A stretch of 63,375 bases of DNA, filler included, from Octopus bimaculoides (lineage: Eukaryota): assembly GCF_001194135.2 (NCBI RefSeq). It is 7 parts of 6 records of this genome, joined end to end, with 100 filler letters (N's around TTAATTAATTAA, not from the genome) between each part and the next. Parts side by side here need not be neighbours in the genome. Positions count along the whole stretch, not along the records: positions 43,680 to 57,206 come from NC_069003.1; positions 57,307 to 63,375 come from NC_068982.1; 5 more parts are not named here. The stretch is one strand, 5' to 3'. A program made the translations under genes and the position numbers. Of this stretch, positions 53,842 through 63,375 are shown piece after piece. Each line of letters begins with the position of its first letter. The first letter of the stretch is position 1. The notes beneath the pieces are model-generated. The model did not search any database. It saw nothing but the letters and a program-made list of their open reading frames with translations, and was not told where the DNA came from.

Positions 53842-53892
53842 GGCGGTGAGCTGGCAGAATCATTAGCACGCTGGACGAAATACTTAACGGCA
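53586..53892 (+). mobile_element. Well-preserved SINE family A with (TTA)n tail, followed by a second head fragment
   Basis: AAGGCGGCGAGCTGGCAGAAACG...GAGGTCGACTTTGCCTTTCATCCTTTCGGGGTCGATAAATTAAGTACCAG. Confidence 0.9.
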
Positions 53893-54440
53893 TAATTCAC
53901 ATTTATACCAATAAATACATTTTTTGATTTCGTGAGTAAAATTCCTGACAGTTTGGATTAGCTTGGTTTTCAGAAAAAGAAATCGACCAACAAACTCGTT
54001 CATTACAAAATACAATCTGTAAGTGGAACAGTAAAAATATGCATGACTTTTCTCAAGTTTAAAATGGGACAATTGTTTTTGTTGTCTACATTCCAACGAT
54101 GGAGCTTTGAGTCTTTGTTAGAAACTAGCTCCTTCCTCAAAGGAAAAATTTTAATAATTGAAAACCGAAGCGAATACGCATGTATGTATACATACATACA
54201 TACATACATACGTACGTACATAATTGCACACTGGACTATGAATTCCATTGAGAGAGTCCCCTTTTCTGGGTTGGAGACGGCTCTTTCTCTATCGATAATA
54301 ATTTTGAGAATTAACAGTAAAACACATGCACACACACAATGAACGTACATACACACACATGCATACATACACATACATGCGCATTAATGTATGCGTAAAT
54401 AACCTTACATATACTATACACATTTGTCTGGAGACACGGA

Positions 54441-54487
<47 letters not shown>

Positions 54488-55032
54488 TTTTAATATAATA
54501 CATTTGAATAGTCGGCAAAGTTTAAAAGCTTCACGCCAAATTATTAAAAATAGTTTACGGTCATATTTTTATAAACTCACATTATAGTATATATATATAT
54601 ATATATATATATGAGTGTGTGTGCGTACCTATATGTACTTACATATATGTGTGTATGTGTGTGTATATATATATACATACATGTGTGCGTCTTGTGATTG
54701 TGTGGGTATTTATGAAATCTTATCTTTTACACCAGTAAAGTCTGCACAGAACGACTACCGCTGGCGGCCATTACACAAATCACGTTTATCTTTGAGCTTC
54801 GCCACTTAATGTCTATAGGAAGCATATAAATGATATATTTATATATACCAACTTAATATGTTTGTGTGCCAGTATATGCGTTGCTCTTTGTGACTCCTTC
54901 GCTCTGACAGAGTGCGTATCTGTGTCTGTATATGTGTGGATGTAGGCATCCATTTGTATATATATATCTATATATAATAGTTATCGCCAAGCCAACATGG
55001 CAGTCCCAAAATTAGGACGAAAGCTGCCGTGA

Positions 55033-55254
55033 ATTAGCTCCAAGAAGCCATCGCCTCTAGCTAGCTATGTGACACACGAAACCTGTGTCCTTTATAACCT
55101 TCGAACAGGGGAGGTCAGCAGTGTCCCCCTGCTGGTTTGGCATCTGCAGACTAGACTAGTTTCAGGGTGTTGCCCCTTGTCAATTCCCCTTATAAAGGAC
55201 ACAGGTTTCGTGTGTCACATAGCTAGCTAGAGGCGATGGCTTCTTGGAGCTAAT
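55033..55254. repeat. Perfect 65-bp inverted repeat with 92-bp spacer
   Basis: 55033-55097 is the exact reverse complement of 55190-55254; the right arm runs into a gap. Confidence 0.9.
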
Positions 55255-55403
55255 NNNNNNNNNNNNNNNNNNNNNNNNNNNNNNNNNNNNNNNNNNNNNN
55301 NNNNNNNNNNNNNNNNNNNNNNNNNNNNNNNNNNNNNNNNNNNNNNNNNNNNNNNNNNNNNNNNNNNNNNNNNNNNNNNNNNNNNNNNNNNNNNNNNATA
55401 TAT

Positions 55404-55525
55404 AGCAAATAAGTAACAAGGATGTCCAGGTATTAGTGCATTACGGCCGCATTGATCGATTAAATGGAGCCGCCTGAAACGGCCGTAATGCACTAAAGCC
55501 TGGACATCCTTGTTGCTTATTTGCT
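55404..55525 (+). repeat. 46-bp-stem hairpin with 30-nt loop
   Basis: Arms 55404-55449 and 55480-55525, three non-Watson-Crick positions. Confidence 0.85.
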
Positions 55526-55549
55526 TTTTATTCACCTAACTTCGAGCTG

Positions 55550-57095
55550 AGCGGATAATTTCTCTTTGATGCATCCTTCAGGCACAACACCGATCTTCCT
55601 TTTGTCAACCAGCCCGAAATTTCATCTTCTCCATTTCTCAATGCATTAAATTGCTCTGCGATCAATTCATGGCAACTACTGAGCTTTTTTATCCAAAATC
55701 CCTGTACACCATCAAGTCCTGCTGCTTTCCAATTGCTTATCTTTTTACTCATATTCCTGATACTGTCTTCTGTGAAGTGGATAGCCTCTTTCTGAGGATA
55801 AGAAGCTGTTTGTTTCAAGCTACAGAGCCATTCAGCTGTAGTATTATGTTGTTCTTGCTTACTCCATATCCTACCCCAGAAATGTTGACTTTCATCAGCA
55901 TCAGGGACTAATCTTCCACGTTTTTTATCGTTATTAATCTCTTGATAAAATCTTTTTTGGTCTCTTATAAACAATTTCTTTTACTGGTATTGCTTAATCC
56001 GTTGTTCAAACCTAATTAGCTTTGCTTTTTTGCCTGTATGCGTTGCTTCAGTTCTTCAATTACAACATTCATGCCTTTTGTATCTACACCATACGTCTTC
56101 CTAACTTTTTCAAATTTCCATTCAATTTTAAGTTCCCCATTTCTTTTTTCTTGACAAGTATTGACACTACACTGTTCAAGGAGTTTATATCTTCAGAAAT
56201 TCTCCTTTTCCACCACGGTTGTTTATTTCCTCTTCTATCCGTCGCTGTTTTATTCTCAGTAGTTCTCAATCCCATCCTTTCCGCCACAATCCTACAAGCA
56301 GCCTTAATAAGATTATTTGTTTGTGTGATGTTCCTTCCTTGTTTCAATGTGTCTCGGTAAATCATTGACTTTATTCCTCTCTTGATTTAGTCTCCATTGG
56401 TTAGCCATCTTAAAGTCGCACATAAATTCTGTCGCTTCTATATTTAATAGATCCAAAATTCTGTCTATTATTAATCGACCTTCATTGTTTGAGTAGTCAC
56501 TGATCTCAATTCTTTCACAATTCACGGTATTATATTCTTGCGAACAATTGACCATCTCTTCCGCTATACCACTTTCATTTCTCGCATGCGCAGCCTCACC
56601 CGATATCCTTCTTTTAATAGCTTCTAGCTCCAATTCTGTTAACCATCCATTCTTTCGTATTGCTCTTGCTTGGTCACATAATCTCTGATCAATAATTTCG
56701 AACAGTTCCACTGCCTTCCTTTCACTGTGCATTCGTTTTCTACACTCTCTGACAGCCACACCATTCGCATCCACTTGGTTACCCCGCTAATAACACTCCA
56801 TAACCATTATGCTTGCTTGTTTGCTCCGTTTGTACCTTGTAGCATGGCTACTAGTTGCTGGATTACGATAGGGTCCACCCTGCTGCACAGTGGGGCACCT
56901 ACCGGGTGCAGCACCTTTACCATTGGCTCCAGACCTGTTCACACTGTTATCGTCATCTATTTTGTTTGGCATTTTCACTCACAAATGAAGTGCATTTTTA
57001 GATTACTACCAATCGGTATTTTTTATCGAAACACCATCTCTATCAAAGTAGTCCGCCAAGGTGACAGGTGACAGGGCCCTTGCTCCCTGGTTTTT
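55550..57095 (-). mobile_element. R4/Dong-clade non-LTR retrotransposon, 5' half, decayed
   Basis: SIMVMECY, QRLCDQARAIRKNGWLTELELE, QPWWKRRI, FWGRIWS, NWKAAGLDGVQGFWIKKL, WLTKGRSVL; 5' end abuts an (ATG/TAA)n tract. Confidence 0.85.
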
Positions 57096-57127
<32 letters not shown>

Positions 57128-57150
57128 TATTATTATTATCATTATTATTA

Positions 57151-57206
<56 letters not shown>

Positions 57207-57250
57207 NNNNNNNNNNNNNNNNNNNNNNNNNNNNNNNNNNNNNNNNNNNN

Positions 57251-57262
57251 TTAATTAATTAA
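57251..57262. other. Artificial scaffold linker
   Basis: 44N-TTAATTAATTAA-44N. Confidence 0.95.
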
Positions 57263-58714
57263 NNNNNNNNNNNNNNNNNNNNNNNNNNNNNNNNNNNNNN
57301 NNNNNNTATATATATATATATATATATATATCATAGCTGCACTCTCGTTACACGAGAAAAGCAATTGCCGAGAAGAGTCACTGAAATGATTCATTATTGA
57401 TGCCATGTGATGCCTTTAGATGACTTTTAAGCACAGCCAAACTGTTACACATTTAATTACATACTGCACAACTGGCAGGAGAAACAGGTGCCGCCATATA
57501 TATATATAGATATATAAAGATAGCGAGAGAGAGAGAAATTGTAATATATTATAATATACTATAATATACCATAATATATATATATAATATAATACAATAT
57601 GAAATAATATATAAATATACAAATACATATATAAGTAAACACAGACACCACATACACACATATATAGGAGCTCAACAATTTCGTGGTAGTATACCAAACG
57701 TCATAAAAGCATGATCGCGTGTTATTTAAAAAAACATTCAACACGCATGTCTACTGAAATCACTGAAACTTCTTGTGACATTATGCACGAAATAGTGCCT
57801 TGTATATTTTATGTTAAATTACGTTAACTCTTAAGGCGCACATTCACACACACACATACACATTTGATATATATGCATGTGCGTCTGTGTGTCTGCAGTT
57901 GTGTGCATGTGCATGTTCCTATGTTTGTACTTCATCTTCTGTTATGATTTAGGAGGATTTTATCTTTAAGCGTGCAATTAATAAGTATTACATCCATGAA
58001 ATAAACTATCTTCAATACACTAAATATGTGTCTTATTCTATTGACATTAGAGAAATCGGAGTTAACTGTTGGATATTTATCTCTTTCTCAGATTTATAAA
58101 AAACAAAAAGTCGAACATAACGTATAAAATGTAAAAGAAAAATATCTTCTCTTCTCCAACCAAATTGTAGCTTCCATTTTTCTTTCGGAATGTCTGCTCA
58201 AGTTTGACAACAGATATTGCTGTGCAAACAAGAAAGACTATATTTTCTTCAATATTTTTACATTATGTATTTTACCTTGTTGCTGATTTTTTTCTTATTC
58301 TCGGCAAGCAATGTTATTTAATGTAATTATATTCTCAGGAGAATCATAACTCATTCATAAACCAACTTAATAATGTTTTATTTAATACACTTAACATTAA
58401 GATAACGACTGAAAAAGATACGTATCAGTATTTTATTCATAACACTCATGTTTTCAAATAACATTGCACATGATTTTCCATTGTTTACTTTTTTACACAG
58501 TTATTCAAAACATACAGCTTCTATATAGTGCTATATAGTGCTGAAAATTGCCTATTAGAAGTATGGTGTTGATATAATTTTTGAAAAAAAAATGTATATC
58601 GAAATAGAAAAAAAATCTTCAATAATAAAAAATGACCAAACGAACGAGTCGACGAAATTTATTGCCTGGGATAAGACTAGGATTTCCGTTGACATAATGT
58701 TCAACCGCCACTTT

Positions 58715-58759
<45 letters not shown>

Positions 58760-59611
58760 AACAACATTCATTCATCAGTTGAAATAATTGTTTAAGGAAT
58801 ATCCCATGCATTTTTCAATGACATGGTGTAGGGTCAGAAATCAGAACACTCATTCGAAACATGCTACAAGGCATCTCGTGCAGCTACCTAGACTTACGCT
58901 AATCCTTGAATGGAAATGTTGTCTTTAGTGAGTTGATATAATATTATTAGTGATGCGTTCTAACATACGGAAAAGAGAATAAGTTACTCTAACAAGAACA
59001 GTCTATTATATCGATATGAATTTACAATTACGAATGTATTGTTGAGTTAGATATATTTAGTAACCCTTCGCACAACACTAGTGTTTATATAGAAGACTAA
59101 GTAATAAGAAATAATTTTGGAGTAATTTCATTGAAGTATTTTAGTTGTCCCTTGATCGTGCGTACTATAATACTCTAATATTCTAAATATTCTAAATATT
59201 TTGAATTTTTTTTTTTTTTGCTGGTACGTAATTCCTCCTTTGGTATGAACAATAGAAAGTATAATGTTAGAGATTGCAATTACAGGTTAGTTTCCGGATA
59301 CCAACAAATGTTTTACCCTATTTCATCCTCATATTTGAATATACACCAAAAATTACTTTCATTTTGATTAATTTCGTAATCCAAATCTGTTGCTGCAGTA
59401 AGAAGTTATTATACCCGTCAATAATAGCAGATGATAAGATCTAAAACTTAGGGAAAAGGCATAAAGAAAGGAAAACTGAAGATTTGGAGAGAAACAACTG
59501 TGGATTAAGTCGACTTTCATATAAAATGAAAGTGATGTCAAACCGTTCGCATTGAATAGTACAAGAAAATTTATATGTAAAAACATATATATGCAGATTT
59601 AATAATTGTTG

Positions 59612-59815
59612 AAATATACCTTTCTAATATAGGCACAACACCTGCCATGTATGGGCAGGGTGTAGACAATTTTATCGAGCGATGTACTTGACTGGTGCTT
59701 ATATCATCAACACCGAAATGATGGAAGGCACAATTTCAACTCAGAAATTAAAGACGAACGGAACACCACAGAGCATTTGTTCGGCACACTGACGATACTG
59801 CCAGTTCATCACCTT
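59612..59815 (-). mobile_element. SINE family A, old and decayed
   Basis: TAGGCACAAC...ACTGGTGCTTA...GGAAGGCACAATTTCAACTCAGAA. Confidence 0.55.
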
Positions 59816-59832
59816 ACTGGTGATGATGTTGT

Positions 59833-59863
<31 letters not shown>

Positions 59864-60525
59864 GATGATGATGATTATGATGATGATAATAATAATAATA
59901 TTCATCATAGGAATAAAAATTATAATAATGGGGGAAAAGCAACGGTGCAGGTAGAACTGTGCTATAAGAACTTCACAATAACAATGAACAGGCAGTTATC
60001 TAGTACAGAGGACTGGATTCTACGGGTTGTGTGAAAACATGAAAGAAGCAAAAAATCACATTCTATTGTCAAAGAAGCTTGCAAATTCGTAAGGAAACTT
60101 GACATTAACCCTGAATTAAATGGAGAACCTGAAACCACTGCTACAAAAAAAAGGGATCATAAAAACTGCAGAAAACAACGGGCAGAAACATATTGAGAAA
60201 CGGTGGAGCCTCTGCATGGACAGTATATATTCCGAATCCGAAACACTGATGCAAACCAAGCAACAATCCATATGTGGCTGAGAAGTTCAGGACTGAAATC
60301 AGAGGACTGAAATTCAGATTCTGCGACACATTTGACGAATCAATAGAATATCCCGTCTCGGAATGACTTGTGCTGACACCAAAGGAACACAATATACGCC
60401 ACGACAGGGTAGGACATTATTTACATTGGAAAATATGTAAGCACTACAAAATCAATATTCCTGTTGACTACATTATTTACATTATTTACAATTGACGGAT
60501 ATTTGTCCTCATCTTGTTTGTTGTT

Positions 60526-60571
60526 AACTCAACGTTTCGGCTGATATACCATTCAGACTTCATCAAGTGTC
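60526..60571 (-). ncRNA. Minimal type I hammerhead motif, left arm (C3 mutated)
   Basis: GACAC-TTGATGA-A-GTCTG-AATGGTATAT-CAGCC-GAAAC-GTT-GAGTT. Confidence 0.6.
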
Positions 60572-60805
60572 TTGGGGAAATTTAGAACCTGGATTCTCAT
60601 TGCTAAGGTATTTTTCGATGTTGTTGCTATTATTATTATTATTATTATTAATCAGGTCACTGCCTGGAATCAAACTCGGAAACTTAGGGTTAGTAGCCCG
60701 CGCTCTTAACCACTACGCCGTATGCCCACGGTCATACGGCGTAGTGGTTAAGAGCGCGGGCTACTAACCCCAAGATTCCGAGTTCGATTCCAGGCCGTGA
60801 TCTGA

Positions 60806-60846
60806 CTGAGGGAGGCTTGAGGGCATATTAGCCGAAACGTTTTGTT
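60806..60846 (+). ncRNA. Minimal type I hammerhead motif, right arm (A9 mutated, 5' flank deleted)
   Basis: CTGAGGG-A-GGCT-TGAGGGCATATT-AGCC-GAAAC-GTT-TTGTT. Confidence 0.5.
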
Positions 60847-61509
60847 AACAAGAAACAAGTTGAGGACAAATATCCGTCAATTGTAAATAATGTAAATAAT
60901 GTACATAATTCCTCATCTCTTAAATATAGAACTGTATTCCTGCTGACTGGTATGAACATCATACTGAAGTAGTCGTTGAAGGTAAAACTGACTCTATAAT
61001 CTGTGATTTTTTAGTCAACACCGACAGAACGATCCAGGCTAATCGATCACACATAATCATTGTAGACTAATAAATGTAAGTGTTCCCACTTTTAGAAATA
61101 TATCTGTTAAGGAATTTGACAAATGAAATAAAGATAAGGATCTGGAAATTGAAATATATAAGATGTGGCATCTTAAATAGAGAACTGCTCCTGTTATTTT
61201 GGGTACCCTAGGTATGATAAAAATATGGATGTCAGAAACATCTAGATAATACCCCAGGATAACTAAGTGTCAGAGAAAGTGTTGCTCACATCCTTGGAAA
61301 AAATTATCAGTTTAAATATATGCGTTGTATTCAATGACGATATTTCACTACTGGCCCTGCCACTTCCCCTCCTCAAGCTTTCAGTCATGCTGCAAAATCT
61401 CTTATTCCTCACCCAAATTAGGGCGTTGGGTGTGTCGCGGCAAGTAATTGTAACAAACAAGCATATTAAAAGTATATAATGATAATAATGATTTTTTTTT
61501 CCCTCAAGG

Positions 61510-61704
61510 TCAACTTGGAGGACAGGATTAAAAGTTGATTAAATCGACCTCAATGTGTAACTGGTACTTATTTAATTGACCCCGAAAGGAATGAAAAAGG
61601 CAAAGTCAAATTCCGCAGATTTTTGAACGCAGAAAACAAAGACGGAGGAAATACCGCTAAGCATTTCGCCCGGATTGACAACGATTCTACCAGCTCACCG
61701 CCTT
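61510..61704 (-). mobile_element. SINE family A
   Basis: Reverse complement of core and head. Confidence 0.8.
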
Positions 61705-61707
61705 GTA

Positions 61708-61758
<51 letters not shown>

Positions 61759-61764
61759 TAATAA

Positions 61765-62080
61765 TTAATTCGTTTTATTGGCCACAAGGGCTAATATCAA
61801 TTAAAAACATATAAGGACAAAGACAGGGCGAAGGTTACAAAAGGTTTTGTCCGAAAAGGTAGGAAAGTTCGTCTAAACAGAGGAAGAAAACGGAGAAAGA
61901 TATAAATAATTAGATAAATAAACAGATAAATAAATAAGTAGAACTCCCAAAGGGGGAGGCGCTTCGAAAAAGGAAAGGTTACACGTGGAAAACCCGATAA
62001 AACCACGGGAGCTTGGTCAGAAAAAATAAGAAAGGGGTATAGACCCCTTTCTCCTTGGCTGGACGTGTTCTTCGCTGCTC
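61765..62080 (-). mobile_element. LINE-like 3' end with AATAAA and (ATT)n tail
   Basis: Minus strand ...CTGTCTTTGTCC...AGCCCTTGTGGCCAATAAAACGAATT, then (ATT)n to about 61709; clade not assignable. Confidence 0.45.
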
Positions 62081-62139
62081 TGGCCTAAGACACAGAAACA
62101 CTAATACAACCCAGAAGGACTACTGAAAAATAACTCTAA

Positions 62140-63290
62140 AAGACTGGAATATCTAGTTTCCTGTGAGTAATTTGAATTTCCCTCAAATTAATCTATAGCT
62201 ATCGAACAAATAAACAATCAGCATTAAAACCTTTAATATATACACCTTCTGTGAATATCTATCATTTTTCCTTCCCCCCTGAGTATTTGAAAATTAAACA
62301 TCCTCATTATTCCAAGAACACTACAGTTTTCTCTGTTCGGACAGACATAAGATCATTTCCAGTAAATTTTAAAAACTTCATATCTACAATTTTCTGTGAA
62401 AAAATTTTAGCTTCCTTTTCTTTCCATTCCTTTTTCCCTGAATATTCGAAAATGTAAACATCCTTTTTATTGTAAAAAAAGAAAAAAAAAAGAAACACCA
62501 CAGTTTTCTCTGAACGGACATACAAACGAACACCTCAAAAAATTTAGAAACTTTAATATCTCCAATTTTGTGTGAACATTTTGTCTTCCCTTCTTCCTTG
62601 TTTAACAGAATATGTAAACATGCCATTTATTGTAACAGCACAAATAATGCACGATAGACAATCAAGGAAGTAAGCACTTGCCAATATATACATACTGAAC
62701 AACTACTAAAACTGCAAACCACAGCAAAACTTTTAAAAAGAAAAGAAAAATTCCAAAAGAAAAAGAAATTCATAAAATCAAAAATCCAGCAAGGTGAACA
62801 TCTCTTCCTCCTACAGTTCCCAAGGACTGGAATATCTACAATTTCCTGTGAATATTTTAAATCTCCCTCAAAATAAAAATAAAAAAAAGTTAGAAAATTA
62901 CAGCTTTCGAACACACAAACGATCAGCTTTCAAACAAAAACTTCAATGTCTACAACTACTGTGGGAATACTTATCCATTCCTTTCTCCCTGAGTATTTAA
63001 AAATGTAAACATCATCCTCCTTTTTTATTCTAAGAACGCTACCATTTCTCTCTTTGTGGTCATACAAAAGACCATATTTAGTAAATCTTAAAATTTTACT
63101 ATCTACGACTTGTTTTCTTTTCCTTTTGACTCTCCCTGAGTATTCGAAAATGTAAACATCCTTTTCATTACAAAAGTCCTACTGTATTCTCCAACTTGAC
63201 AGACAAACGAACATCTCAAGAAAACTTAAAAACATTCATATATGACCCAAATATGTAAACGCACATTTTATTACAACAACAGAAGTGAAT
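62140..63290. repeat. Degenerate tandem repeat with a higher-order period near 680 bp
   Basis: GACTGGAATATCTA at about 62143 and 62826; CCCTGA(G/A)TATT...AAAATGTAAACATC recurs about five times. Confidence 0.65.
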
Positions 63291-63322
63291 TCAGAAATTC
63301 AAAAATCAACGATGTGTATGTG

Positions 63323-63375
<53 letters not shown>

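Larger units (their letters stand above)
60470..60934. mobile_element. Palindromic head-to-head dimer of a tRNA-headed element with a hammerhead-bearing, Penelope-like tail
   Basis: Two tRNA-like heads (60661-60724 minus, 60733-60796 plus) around an 8-nt loop; inverted tails ending in (TGTAAATAA)n; 14-bp target duplication TATTCCTG(T/C)TGACT at 60456-60469 and 60935-60948. Confidence 0.85.
59930..61310 (+). mobile_element. R4/Dong-clade remnant, 3' half (post-RT, CCHC knuckle, restriction-like endonuclease), split by an insertion
   Basis: VQVELCYK, PLHGQY, WLRSSGLKS, RHDRVGHYLHWKICKHY, IPADWYEH, TIQANRSHIIIVD, KDLEIEIYKMWHLK, PVILGTLGMIK. Confidence 0.85.

Noticed and set aside
54996-55032. 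GTCC-CAAAATTA-GGAC-GAAA resembling hammerhead helix II
   Set aside because: No CUGANGA box precedes it and there is no NUH site in register
60733-60800. Functional tRNA gene
   Set aside because: No acceptor stem; head is fused to a repeat body, so it is SINE-derived
33440-63290. CRISPR-like arrays in minisatellites (33440, 48880, 62140)
   Set aside because: No unique equal-length spacers, no cas genes, eukaryotic context

Overview
AT-rich, microsatellite-dense animal genomic DNA. The SINE families and repeat landscape look like an octopod cephalopod (inference). The window is not one locus: six 100-bp spacers (44 N + TTAATTAATTAA + 44 N) join seven separate scaffolds (1-13605, 13706-25529, 25630-30812, 30913-39126, 39227-43579, 43680-57206, 57307-63375), and large N gaps hide much of the sequence. 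The only recognisable host gene is a phospholipid scramblase (PLSCR) at 14833-15732. It has no visible intron in the coding region and carries a single in-frame TAA. The rest is mostly mobile DNA: tRNA-derived SINEs, a decayed Gypsy element with nested LTRs, two Penelope-like remnants, two R4/Dong non-LTR remnants, a mariner remnant, Helitron/Helentron-type ends and fold-back elements with telomere-like repeats. The most interesting signals are structured RNAs. One is a palindromic head-to-head tRNA-headed element with hammerhead-ribozyme motifs and a 14-bp target duplication (60456-60948). Another is a candidate extended type III hammerhead (42676-42844). There are also a decayed hammerhead (about 13009-13036) and two long hairpins near 55.0-55.5 kb. 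Most ORFs in the supplied track are microsatellite or N-gap artefacts. Coordinates for repeats are approximate, read by eye.
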